64,000 bases of DNA. It comes from Octopus bimaculoides. Taxonomy: Eukaryota. Each line of letters opens with the position of its first letter. The stretch's first letter is position 1. Under the pieces are notes generated by a model. The model was not told the DNA's origin. It did no database searches and saw only the letters and a list, made by a program, of their open reading frames with translations. Positions 25,487 to 37,075 of this stretch are shown here, in pieces. The stretch is from assembly GCF_001194135.2 (NCBI RefSeq), contig NC_068983.1:76026086-76090085 (forward strand). The letters are read 5' to 3'. Both the position numbers and the translations under genes were made by a program.

Positions 25487-26753
25487 AGCAGAGGGAAAGC
25501 GGGAGAGAAAGACAGGATTAGGAAGGGAGAGGTAGAGACAGAATTGAAAAGAAGGTTGGAAGCAATATATTTGAAGTGAAAAAAGATGCTGGGAAGAGAC
25601 GTGATGGAGACTTTAAAAACGGATAGACAAACAGAGGGAGTGACACACACACACACACACGCGCACACACACACGCGCACACACACACATACATAGAGAG
25701 AGGCGGGAGGGGAAGAGTAAAAAAGATGATAGGGAAGGTGGTCACAGGCTATAGAGAATGAGAGAAGATGTGTTTATGAGACAGAATGGGNNNNNNNNNN
25801 AGAGAAGATGTGTTTATGAGACAGAATGGGGGTAGACGGGAAGAGGAAATAAAATTAAAAATACAAAAACTTCAAAAACCAAAACCAAAAAAAAAAAAAA
25901 TAAAATAAAGACTCAGGAAGAAGTATAAGAGGGGCAAATGTCTCAACAACTTTTGATGAAAGAAAGGGACAAAAAGAGAAATAGAAGCCCCTACTGCTAC
26001 CCTAGCTAAAGCACGAAGTAAAGATGAATGAAAAAAAATGAAAAGGAGATAAAGACGATAAGAAAGAAGCTTTACAAAGGGGAAACATAAAAGGTAAACA
26101 AGGAAGAATATACGCTGTGAAGAAACGGAGATAAAACTGAGGGAAAGAAGTATATAGAGATATCAAGTGGGGAGGAGGAAAAGATAAATATTAAGCAGTC
26201 CTGAGAAAATAAAAATGAAACAAAAACAAATAGAAATGAAAACAAAAAGTAAACACAAACAAAGCATAATTTCATATTTCTTCCTATTTTATATTTTGTT
26301 GCTATTTTAAAAAGTATATAAATACTAAGTCTCCTCCGCTATTATTAGTTGTATTTTGTCTTGATTCTTTGTACATACGACATTTAAACTCGTCAGAGCA
26401 GAGATCAAATTTGATTTGTTAATTTTCAGTCGCAGACAAACTGAATACATAAAAACCAAATAAATGGAGACGAAATATTTCTTAAAAAGCTTAATAATGG
26501 ATTAATTCTTTTGTTGAAGTTTGCTAGACACTGACCACAATTCGGACAGCTGAAAAGAAAAAGAAAAAGAGAAAAAAGGAAAAGAAGAGAAAAATTATAT
26601 TCTTCTGAGATCTTTTTGTCGTAAAATTAGTTTTGCTATACCAAGCAAGTATTCATTATAATTATCCAAACATATTTGGTCACACGTTCACATATAATAC
26701 ACATTAGCACACTCCAGCACACTAATTGTACACAATTTTATTCATATACACTC

Positions 26754-26823
<70 letters not shown>

Positions 26824-27400
26824 TTATCTTTCTATCTATCTATCTATTTAGAAGGTACAAAAAGCACGCATATGCACAAAAAATATACATAGTATAACAA
26901 ATACAATAAATGGATTTCTGTCTATGCTGCGCATCTGTATGCTTTTATGCATGTACATGTGAATGTGCGTAGTTAACTATATATACATTCACACATCTAC
27001 ATTTCTATGCCAAAGACAACAAGCACAACAACAGCAGTAACAAGAGAGACAATAATAACAAAATTTTAAGATGTAACAAAAAAAAAAAAAAGACTGAACA
27101 AATGTGAAATCATTACAAGACAAAACACTGCTCAGAGAAAAAAAAACAGGGTAAAAACGAAGTAAAAACCAAGTAGTTAAACAACAACAACAACGACAGG
27201 AAGCTAAACGAAAACAACGCCATTAACAAGAATATTTACGAGAACAACAAAAATAAACACTAGCACTACTTATTTTGCCCATTGTTGGAATAATAACACG
27301 ATCACAGACAACGCCAAAAACAGGTTGTTAGGATTGGTTCAAAGAAGTGTTTACACCACTTATTGCTCTGTTTAGTTAAACAGCCGAGTCAAAAATCTCC

Positions 27401-27448
27401 ATGATGGCGGCATCTTACCTTCTTTTGTTGACGTCTGCTCTTGCGTTG
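27401..27448 (+). CDS. Candidate first coding exon encoding a signal peptide (MMAASYLLLLTSALAL)
   Basis: ATGATGG start context, hydrophobic h-region, followed immediately by a perfect GTAAGT donor (27449-27454, phase 0); lies in non-repetitive sequence. No downstream exon identified. Confidence 0.4.
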
Positions 27449-27481
27449 GTAAGTTTTTAAGTTCTGTTTTTATAAACGCGT

Positions 27482-27530
<49 letters not shown>

Positions 27531-27540
27531 NNNNNNNNNN

Positions 27541-27579
<39 letters not shown>

Positions 27580-27743
27580 TGTGTGTGTGAATAAATTTAT
27601 ATATATATGTATATACAAGTATATGTGTACGTGTGAGTGCCTATATATAATGTACATGCATATATATGTATGTATTTATGTATGTATGTCTGCAAAAACG
27701 TGCAAATATACGTATACACACAACGTGCACACACGTAAATGTA

Positions 27744-27798
<55 letters not shown>

Positions 27799-28184
27799 AT
27801 ATCTGTCCATCTGCCTGTCTGTCTGTCTCTCCATGTACCTAACTATCTATCTATGATACATACCACGCACTCTCATGTAGTATATTCGTTCGTTCGAGTA
27901 AACATATATACTCATATATACTCAATACTCCCTTTTACTTGTTTACTCAAATGTATTTACCTTCATCGAAATCAATATCTGTCTTCTCACTCTCTCTTCC
28001 TCTCTCTCACTTACTCTTTCTCTCACTCACTCTTTCTCTCTCACTCACTCTCAATATATATATATATGCATATATATTATACATATATGTATATAATATC
28101 AAGTTGCCTGTCTGCCTTATATGTGTATGTATATGTATTTATGTATACATATACAACTATCTTAATATATGCATGCTTGCATAC

Positions 28185-28538
28185 GTATGTGTTTCATTAT
28201 TGAGTTTTATTTCAAGACTTCTTGCCGATAGAGAAAAAGGCTCCTTCCTTGGAATTTCAACTTCAACAATATTTTTGCATGTGTGTATATGTGCAGTATT
28301 TAGAGTCAGTGCGTGTGTAGATTTTTATGTCCTGTTTCATCTATGTATTATCATACATACTTGTCTAGACATGCACATATATGATTAAATGATAGACTTC
28401 TGGAGAGTTTTACAGATTGTTACAGTTTCAGTCATGGCTTGGATGTATAGTCTTCGAATCAGTTTTCTCTTTTCTGAGTTTATGAAACCTAATTTCTCAA
28501 TAGTTTCGCATAGGTATTTTCTTTTTCACTGATCTGCA
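28185..28538 (-). mobile_element. 3' end of an RLE-type non-LTR retrotransposon, copy 2 (same family as 15835)
   Basis: EKLGFINSEKRKLIRRLYIQAMTETVTICKTLQKSII*; 3' UTR GTTGAAATTCCAA..GGCAAGAAGTCTTGAAATAAAA shared with copy 1. Confidence 0.7.
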
Positions 28539-28636
28539 TATATGTATGTATGTATGAATGTATTCTTTTATTCATTTACATGTTTCAACCCTAAGGCTGA
28601 GGCATTGCCAGTGACAGAAATGTTCCAGTCGCCGGA

Positions 28637-28704
28637 TGCAGAAACGGTGGATCAAACCAGAGACCTTTAAGATCTTCAGTCTAATACTCTCCCAACTGAG
28701 CTAT
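28637..28704 (-). pseudogene. tRNA-Phe(GAA) pseudogene or tRNA-Phe-derived fragment
   Basis: ATAGCTCAGTTGGGAGAGTATTAGACTGAAGATCTTAAAGGTCTCTGGTTTGATCCACCGTTTCTGCA closely follows eukaryotic tRNA-Phe (D arm, GAA anticodon loop); 5' acceptor GCCGAA missing; T-loop TTCG changed to TTTG. Confidence 0.8.
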
Positions 28705-28717
28705 ATGTATATATACA

Positions 28718-28778
<61 letters not shown>

Positions 28779-29640
28779 NNNNNNNNNNNNNNNNNNNNNN
28801 NNNNNNNNNNNNNNNNNNNNNNNNNNNNNNNNNNNNNNNNNNNNNNNNNNNNNNNNNNNNNNNNNNNNNNNNNNNNNNNNNNNNNNNNNNNNNNNNNNNN
28901 NNNNNNNNNNNNNNNNNNNNNNNNNNNNNNNNNNNNNNNNNNNNNNNNNNNNNNNNNNNNNNNNNNNNNNNNNNNNNNNNNNNNNNNNNNNNNNNNNNNN
29001 NNNNNNNNNNNNNNNNNNNNNNNNNNNNNNNNNNNNNNNNNNNNNNNNNNNNNNNNNNNNNNNNNNNNNNNNNNNNNNNNNNNNNNNNNNNNNNNNNNNN
29101 NNNNNNNNNNNNNNNNNNNNNNNNNNNNNNNNNNNNNNNNNNNNNNNNNNNNNNNNNNNNNNNNNNNNNNNNNNNNNNNNNNNNNNNNNNNNNNNNNNNN
29201 NNNNNNNNNNNNNNNNNNNNNNNNNNNNNNNNNNNNNNNNNNNNNNNNNNNNNNNNNNNNNNNNNNNNNNNNNNNNNNNNNNNNNNNNNNNNNNNNNNNN
29301 NNNNNNNNNNNNNNNNNNNNNNNNNNNNNNNNNNNNNNNNNNNNNNNNNNNNNNNNNNNNNNNNNNNNNNNNNNNNNNNNNNNNNNNNNNNNNNNNNNNN
29401 NNNNNNNNNNNNNNNNNNNNNNNNNNNNNNNNNNNNNNNNNNNNNNNNNNNNNNNNNNNNNNNNNNNNNNNNNNNNNNNNNNNNNNNNNNNNNNNNNNNN
29501 NNNNNNNNNNNNNNNNNNNNNNNNNNNNNNNNNNNNNNNNNNNNNNNNNNNNNNNNNNNNNNNNNNNNNNNNNNNNNNNNNNNNNNNNNNNNNNNNNNNN
29601 NNNNNNNNNNNNNNNNNNNNNNNNNNNNNNNNNNNNNNNN

Positions 29641-29715
<75 letters not shown>

Positions 29716-29734
29716 CATGTATGTATGTATGTAT

Positions 29735-29950
29735 GTATTTGTGTGTCTGTGTTTGTCACTCCACTATCGCTTGACAACAGATCTTGGTGTGTTCACGGCC
29801 CCGAAACTAGCTTAACGGTTTGGCAAAAGCGACCAATAGAATAAGTACAGGCTTACAAAGAATAAGTCCAGAAGCCGATTTGTTTGACTACAACGCGGTG
29901 CTCCAGCATGGCTACAACCAAAATGACTAAAGCAAGTAAAAGAATAAAAG
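29735..29950 (+). mobile_element. SINE family C, 3' half
   Basis: ATCGCTTGACAAC...GGCAAAAGCGACCAATAGAATAAGTAC...GCGGTGCTCCAGCATGG...AGTAAAAGAATAAAAG. Confidence 0.8.
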
Positions 29951-30296
29951 ACTATATATATATATTTGCTCACGTACATTTGCTCACTCTGTGGAACATA
30001 TATGCAGGTGAAGCGGAGAAGTTGTTTGTCACTGCAGCTGTATACAGGGTGCAGAAATGATAAATTACCTCGACATAAGGAATATAATATTAGCTATTGC
30101 AGAAACTCCACTTGTGGCCCTGATATATTCCCCGCTATCCTTCTAAAAACGTTTAAAGGTATCTCTTTTCTAGATCTTTCTTACAAATGGCACGCTTCGA
30201 GACAAACTGAAGTAAGGCACAATATGTCCCTCTCTTAAAGGCAGAAGCAGTGTAGATTCTAAAAGTTATATATTTATCTCTGATCTCACGTAACCG

Positions 30297-30371
30297 CTAG
30301 GTTACGGGGACGAAAGAAATCCAGCATCGGTTACTAAGAGGTGGGGACACGCACAAGCTCAAATACGCACG

Positions 30372-30461
<90 letters not shown>

Positions 30462-30610
30462 CAAGAGGGCGTTCGATACAGTTTCCGTCAACCAAATTTA
30501 ATCACAAAGCATTGGTCGATCTGGGACTGTAGAAGTGCCCTGCAACGTGACTGAACCCGAAACCTGGTGGTAGCAAAGCGAGCTTCTCAGCCACACAGGC
30601 ATGCCTTCAT
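30297..30610 (-). mobile_element. SINE family C fragments around a (CA)n array
   Basis: CAGTTTCCGTCAACCAAATT..ACAAAGCATTGGTCG..GACTGAACCCGAAACC is the reverse complement of the family C head. Confidence 0.7.
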
Positions 30611-30695
30611 TTGCGTAGACGATACAAAAGTAGCATACAGGATAAAGAACCTTGGCCACCTATGCGCCTACAGTATGACTTTAAAGCTATATAAA

Positions 30696-31619
30696 ATTGG
30701 GCCGAAAAGTAAAAATGCTGCACAGCAGCGAAGAAAATATGTGCTGTATATTGAGATGATGACTTGGCTGAAAGTACTGTTTTGTAAATGGTTTCCTAGT
30801 TTTAGAACCAAAGATTTTGACCTGGAGACTTTAATAAAGAGTAATCCACGTTACACCACGCGTGACATCGCGGAGATGCTTTAACATATCTCATGTGAGG
30901 GCTGTAAGCATTTAAAAACACTTGGTTACGTGAATCGCTATGATATTTGGGTGCCTTATAACATAACGGAAAAAAAAACTAGTAGAGCGAATTTAATCTG
31001 CCATTCTCTACTCAGATGAAACAAAAGTTATCCATATTTGAAAAGAATGATCACATGTGATGAGAAATGAATTATTTACAATAGCATAAAACGAAAAAGG
31101 TCCTGAGGAAAACGAGATGTATCCGAAGGAGATGATGCTCTGAATCGGGTGGGATCGTAAGGGCTACTTCCACGAAATTTGACGTTAAATTCAGAGTTTT
31201 ATTTTTCCCAATTAGACCGATTAAAGGAGGTAGTTGATGAAAAGCGTCCAGAATTGGCCAACAGAAAGGGTGTCGTCAGGACAACGCTAAACTGCAAACG
31301 CAGCAGAAATTAGTGCTGCTTGGGTGAGATATCCCACCCCACCCACTATACTCACCTGACCTTGCACCTTCGGATTATCATTTGTTCCGATCCTGGCAAA
31401 ATTCTCTTAATGGGAAGAACTTCGATTCTTTTAAACCAGTCCATAACTCCAAAAGATGCCAAGGTTCGGAGGATGGAATAATGAAGCTGCCTCAAAGATG
31501 GCAAAAGGTCGTGGAAGAAAATAGGAAATATGTGGTGGAGTAAAGGTATTCACAGCTATATAAATATTGTTAATGAATTTTACTTAAAGAACGCTACGAC
31601 CTTTTTTACCAACCCAATA
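30696..31619 (+). mobile_element. Decayed mariner transposon, second family
   Basis: IWVPYNITEK, LKRMITCDEK*IIYN, RPELANRKGV..QDNA, YSPDLAPSDYHLFRS (about 31346-31390), GIMKLPQRWQKVV; 3' TIR ...TTTTTTACCAACCCAATA; 5' end degraded and approximate. Confidence 0.9.
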
Positions 31620-31671
31620 TATTAACAACGGCCGGCTTCTGAAAGCCAGTTATCGAGGCAATTATCGCCTC

Positions 31672-31732
31672 GATAACTGAAGAGATGCCGGTGCAGGTTT
31701 CCGCCCCGACATCCGAAACTTGAAGTTTTATT
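31672..31732 (+). ncRNA. Type I hammerhead ribozyme-like motif (HHR-C)
   Basis: GATAA / CTGAAGA (31677-31683) / GATGCCGG..CCGACATC-C / GAAA (31715-31718) / CTTGAAG / TT / TTATT. Core intact, GUU triplet, one extra nt at the base of helix II. Confidence 0.6.
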
Positions 31733-31866
31733 ATAGCAATCGAATAATTGTCACATATTATAAAACACACACACACCCACACACACACACNNNNNNNNNN
31801 NNNNNNNNNNNNNNNNNNNNNNNNNNNNNNNNNNNNNNNNNNNNNNNNNNNNNNNNNNNNNNNNNN

Positions 31867-31895
<29 letters not shown>

Positions 31896-31898
<3 letters not shown>

Positions 31899-32712
31899 TA
31901 GCTGACGTACCCGGTAATTCCTGGGAAAGCGGGGCTCATCCTTTGGTTTCGTTCTCATAATTGTTTCGCTAATCCAATAACAACAATACAAAGTATGTAG
32001 CACTTAAAACGGTTTTTTTGCATTTACAGAGAGTACCAGACTTTCTTACACAGGATCTTGTTTATAGGAATTCCCGATAAGTTATGAATACCCAAATTGT
32101 AAAGTTAGTTATGTAATAACATGGAATTAGTTACCCGATAGTAAAAATTCAAATAAAGTATTTCCGAAAAGGGCTTTAATGCGTTCCCACAGTATATAGA
32201 ACATAGGAGGAAATACTAATAAGCTATGTATACTGAAATCGTGAAGCATGTTACGTAATAACAGGCTAATCAGATATGATTAACAATTCAAAGTAAATAA
32301 CTCTGAAAAAGGTTTTTGTGCGCTAGTGTTGGTATATTCGAGAATAATTCACTACCCGAAATAAGTGTATCTATTGTTCAGGATAATGCTATTTACTTGT
32401 TTAAGGGTTGTACTGGATAAATAGCGAAAATAACTCTTACAGTTCATATACTAAAAAATAAGCATACTCAATTTCCGTTTTACCAAATAATTTAGGAAAG
32501 TGAAAGGGTTATTTCCCTTGGCTAAATATGAGGATCCCTTCCAGGGAGACCTTATTACCGACTTTTTCAACAATCTGAGTATGCCATGAGGTTTCCAGAC
32601 ATGAGTTCTACTCACGTGTGAAGTTACATCAAAATCGATAAAACGATGTAGGAAGAGTTAGCTAACAACTCTACAAACACAACAACAAACAGAATTTCCC
32701 ACATATGTAGTG
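31896..32712 (+). mobile_element. Non-autonomous Helitron-like element with Lep1/HINE-type termini
   Basis: 5' TACTAGCTGACGTACCCGG-TAATT-CCTGGG and 3' GTGAAGTTACATCAAAATCG...ACAAACACAACAACAAACAGAATTTCCCACATATGTAG, inserted into (TA)n; the layout matches what I recall of Lep1-type Helitrons. Confidence 0.55.
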
Positions 32713-32750
32713 TGTGTGTATACACACACACACATATATATGTTTGTGTG

Positions 32751-33926
32751 TACAAGGCGAAGTCAAAAATTATATGCACTTTCACCAAAACTTCCTTTAG
32801 GTTTGTTGCATTGCCTTCAACGCTTGCGTGCTAAATTGGGGGTACTCTTGTGATTACGTAATCGAGGTTTGATCTTGAGCACTCCAGTTTTCTTTCTTGT
32901 GTTACAGAATATATACATAACTACTCTGCTGGCAGTATGCACCAAGGAAGAACAGGGATGAGTAATACGATTTTACTGGACTGAACTTGTGCGAGGAGCA
33001 CCGCAACCTGTAGAAATGCAATGTAAGTGGATCGAGAAGTTTCAAAATTGCAGCACAAGCGTGAAGCACGAAGAGGTAACAAGGTATCTAACAACCGGCA
33101 CCACCGACGTGAAGATTCAACAAGTTCGAGAGATGATTCTGGCGAACAAACAAGTGACCATACGAAATCCCTCTCGACAATCTTCGCTTCCATAACATCT
33201 GTTCAAGATAGGCCACAAGAGGTATTAACAAAGCACATAAACAAGAGTGTGGAAATCTATCAACGCTTACTCGACCGCAAAAATGTTGAAGGTGATTTTT
33301 GGGGAGAGCAAAATCACTGAACATGTGATCTTGGGACACCACTTTTAGCCAGAATACAAAAGGGAGTGTATGGAGTGGAAACACCCAAAATGGTGACCGA
33401 AACAAAGGAAATTCAAGTCTCAATTTTCCCCAGAGATACTAACCACTTTTGGGACACGGAAGGGCCTATTCCAGAATATTGTCTAGGATTGTCAGTTACC
33501 AGAGTAGGTTAGAATGAAATGCTGGTTAACAAAATGAATGCAGGAATTCGCACCAAACGCAACTGTTATTGTTGCACTGCAATGTACCCCCACATACGAA
33601 CGCCCACACCACTTAGACCATTGGAAATTTGGATTTCGAGTTGCTGGAACATCATGCAGAGAGTTCAGATCTTGCCCTTTCCGGCTATTACCTTTTTTAA
33701 CCGCTCAATCATCCTTTACAAGGTCAAAGAAACGCAGGAAGCAGTGCATAAATGGCTGCCCCACCAACCAAGTAAGTTCGATGGAATAAGCAAGCTCGTG
33801 AACCGCTGGAAGAAGTGCATCGAAAAGCAAGACTATGTCAGAAAACGATATCGTCGTTCAAACCGTACTTTACTTTTAATAAATTACAGAAACAAGAGTG
33901 TGTATAATTCTTGACTTACCCTTGTA
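32751..33926 (+). mobile_element. Mariner transposon, third family, both TIRs present, ORF disrupted
   Basis: TIRs TACAAGGCGAAGTCAAAAATTATATGCACT and reverse complement TACAAGGGTAAGTCAAGAATTATACACACT, with TA ends; KWIEKFQNCSTSVKHEE...IQQVREMILAN (HTH region), MEWKHP, KLVNRWKKCIEKQDYV. Confidence 0.9.
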
Positions 33927-33955
33927 TATATCTACACACACACACGCACGCGCAC

Positions 33956-33987
<32 letters not shown>

Positions 33988-34766
33988 AATCATAAATATA
34001 CATGGATTAGCATTGAGTTACTTCTCCAACATACTGAAAATTTAGAAATAGCAGTCAAAGAACTACTGATTCTAAACTACAAATTTTTCTCTAAATGGAT
34101 GGCGATATTTGTGGCACANNNNNNNNNNNNNNNNNNNNNNNNNNNNNNNNNNNNNNNNNNNNNNNNNNNNNNNNNNNNNNNNNNNNNNNNNNNNNNNNNN
34201 NNNNNNNNNNNNNNNNNNNNNNNNNNNNNNNNNNNNNNNNNNNNNNNNNNNNNNNNNNNNNNNNNNNNNNNNNNNNNNNNNNNNNNNNNNNNNNNNNNNN
34301 NNNNNNNNNNNNNNNNNNNNNNNNNNNNNNNNNNNNNNNNNNNNNNNNNNNNNNNNNNNNNNNNNNNNNNNNNNNNNNNNNNNNNNNNNNNNNNNNNNNN
34401 NNNNNNNNNNNNNNNNNNNNNNNNNNNNNNNNNNNNNNNNNNNNNNNNNNNNNNNNNNNNNNNNNNNNNNNNNNNNNNNNNNNNNNNNNNNNNNNNNNNN
34501 NNNNNNNNNNNNNNNNNNNNNNNNNNNNNNNNNNNNNNNNNNNNNNNNNNNNNNNNNNNNNNNNNNNNNNNNNNNNNNNNNNNNNNNNNNNNNNNNNNNN
34601 NNNNNNNNNNNNNNNNNNNNNNNNNNNNNNNNNNNNNNNNNNNNNNNNNNNNNNNNNNNNNNNNNNNNNNNNNNNNNNNNNNNNNNNNNNNNNNNNNNNN
34701 NNNNNNNNNNNNNNNNNNNNNNNNNNNNNNNNNNNNNNNNNNNNNNNNNNNNNNNNNNNNNNNNNN

Positions 34767-35944
34767 GTCATGACAATAAAAAACAGAAATTCTAAGTCAT
34801 GATAATTAGTTATCTATCTATTAAATATGTGTGCGTCGACACACGTTGTTTCTTGCGATACCCATCATTTGTAGTCAAACGTTCAAACATAGGGGATCTA
34901 AAACACTTGCGTCTTTTATTTTTATCCCTTCTAGTTACCTCAACTCTGAAGAAGAACCAAATTCGAAATGGAAATTTCACCCTGGCAATTTTGCTTTATT
35001 CTTTCTATCGCTTTCCAAACATTACAAGTGCTTTGATGCTGACACCATTACCAGTCTCCTTCCATTTATGTTATACATACATACATACATACAGTCAGGC
35101 AGACAATCAGATAGACATACATAGATACAATCATACCTTCATACGTGCATACATATATAAATGCATACATATCTATCTATCTATCTATCTATCTATCTNN
35201 NNNNNNNNTATATATATATATATATATATCTAGAGAGAGAGAGAGAGAGAGAGATCAGCAAGAATGAAAATGGAGAAAATCACGAAATTTAATTGGTGAT
35301 TATACCATACGTTACGGACGATGGTTTGTATTGTGCCAGCGTATTTAGATACAGAAAAGAAGGTATAAAATACGACTCATATATTCGAAAATAAATGCTA
35401 ACATAACGTTATCAAGGCAACCCTAAATAGGTTAAATTGAAAGTGCAGTAAGAAAATATCTCTAATACAGGAACGCATACAAAAAGAACGTAAAGAAGAA
35501 ATATATTCTAAGCGAAACCAGTTTAGTATTTAACTTTTGATGACGTCAGTAGAAAAAGAAAGAATAAAAATAATCATAGGGATTCTATGTCATGACAATA
35601 AAAAACAGAAATTCTAAGTCATGATAATTAGTTATCTATCTATTAAATATGTGTGCGTCGACACACGTTGTTTTTTGCGATACCCATCATTTGTAGTCAA
35701 ACGTTCAAACATAGGGGATCTAAAACACTTGCGTCTTTTATTTTTATCCCTTCTAGTTACNNNNNNNNNNNNNNNNNNNNNNNNNNNNNNNNNNNNNNNN
35801 NNNNNNNNNNNNNNNNNNNNNNNNNNNNNNNNNNNNNNNNNNNNNNNNNNNNNNNNNNNNNNNNNNNNNNNNNNNNNNNNNNNNNATAGACATACATAGA
35901 TACAATCATACCTTCATACGTGCATACATATATAAATGCATACA

Positions 35945-35990
<46 letters not shown>
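34767..35990 (+). repeat. About 430-bp segment present twice (34767-35198 and 35589-about 35990, offset 822), broken by gaps
   Basis: Near-identical text (one substitution seen); in the second copy 125 Ns replace 172 bp present in the first. Confidence 0.85.
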
Positions 35991-36026
<36 letters not shown>

Positions 36027-36222
36027 ACACATGAGTGTTCGTCTCTATGAGATAGGATCGACTTTTGTTCAGGTATTTTTAAACATGAAATCAATGGTTG
36101 CCTTGATACACAAAGAAAGCATATATACATAAACATATATACAAACACACGCGCGCACTCACACACACACAAACACTCACACGCATATATAAACATAAAT
36201 AATACTCACACACGTATATACG

Positions 36223-36273
<51 letters not shown>

Positions 36274-36789
36274 CACACTTGCTTACAGAAACAAATACGC
36301 TCATGTACTTGCATCTACACAACTAGATCTTCCTCCCTCCTTAACTACCCCATATGATACGACCCCTAACATTTGCTTGGTAATTTTTGAATTGGGTGTC
36401 TCATTTGTTTCAGTCCCACTATGCATTTTGCATCCTTCTGATGAAGGACTAACACCTGAAACGTTAATATATTTTTACTCTTTTATTTAAAAAATAAAAT
36501 ATAAGTCGCATAATGCTTTCGAGAAAGTATAATGATTTCTTTAAAGCATTAAGCTAATATTTTATTTGTTATATTTGTTGCCCTTGCGAAGTTCTTATTA
36601 TTGTTCAATTGTATTTTGGATACATGCATACATGCATACGTACGTACGTGCATACATACGTACACACATCATGGAATCTCCTGTTGTTAGGTAACGTATG
36701 GATGTTATACATATTCTTGCTTAACAGCCATATAGATAATAGTTTATAGTGGTCAAACATATGTTTGTGTACGCATCAGCTCACTCACT

Positions 36790-36976
36790 CCATCAAATAG
36801 ACATTGCTTGTACCGGTGCACGAGGTGCCATTTCTTAGGTGACGAAATGATTGCAGAGCAACATGAAATCAAATGTCTTGTTCAAGAACTCAACGCAACG
36901 CCCGGGGTGAGAATCGAAACCATGATCTCGCCGTCATGAGAGCAACACCCTAACCACTAAGCCAATTGCCTTCACA
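36790..36976 (-). mobile_element. tRNA-headed SINE fragment, distinct family
   Basis: Minus GTGAAGGCAATTGGCTTAGTGGTTAGGGTG...GGTTTCGATTCTC...TTCTTGAACAAGACATTTGATTTCATGTTGCTC. Confidence 0.7.
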
Positions 36977-37001
36977 TACGTACATAATACATGCACACAC
37001 A

Positions 37002-37075
<74 letters not shown>

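Noticed and set aside
25761-25830. 30-bp direct repeat around a 10-N gap (similarly 63587-63699)
   Set aside because: Typical contig-overlap artefact at minimal gaps.
34942-34985. CTGAAGA-AGAACCAAATTC-GAAA as a hammerhead
   Set aside because: No helix III/UH arrangement and no helix I partner for the upstream strand.
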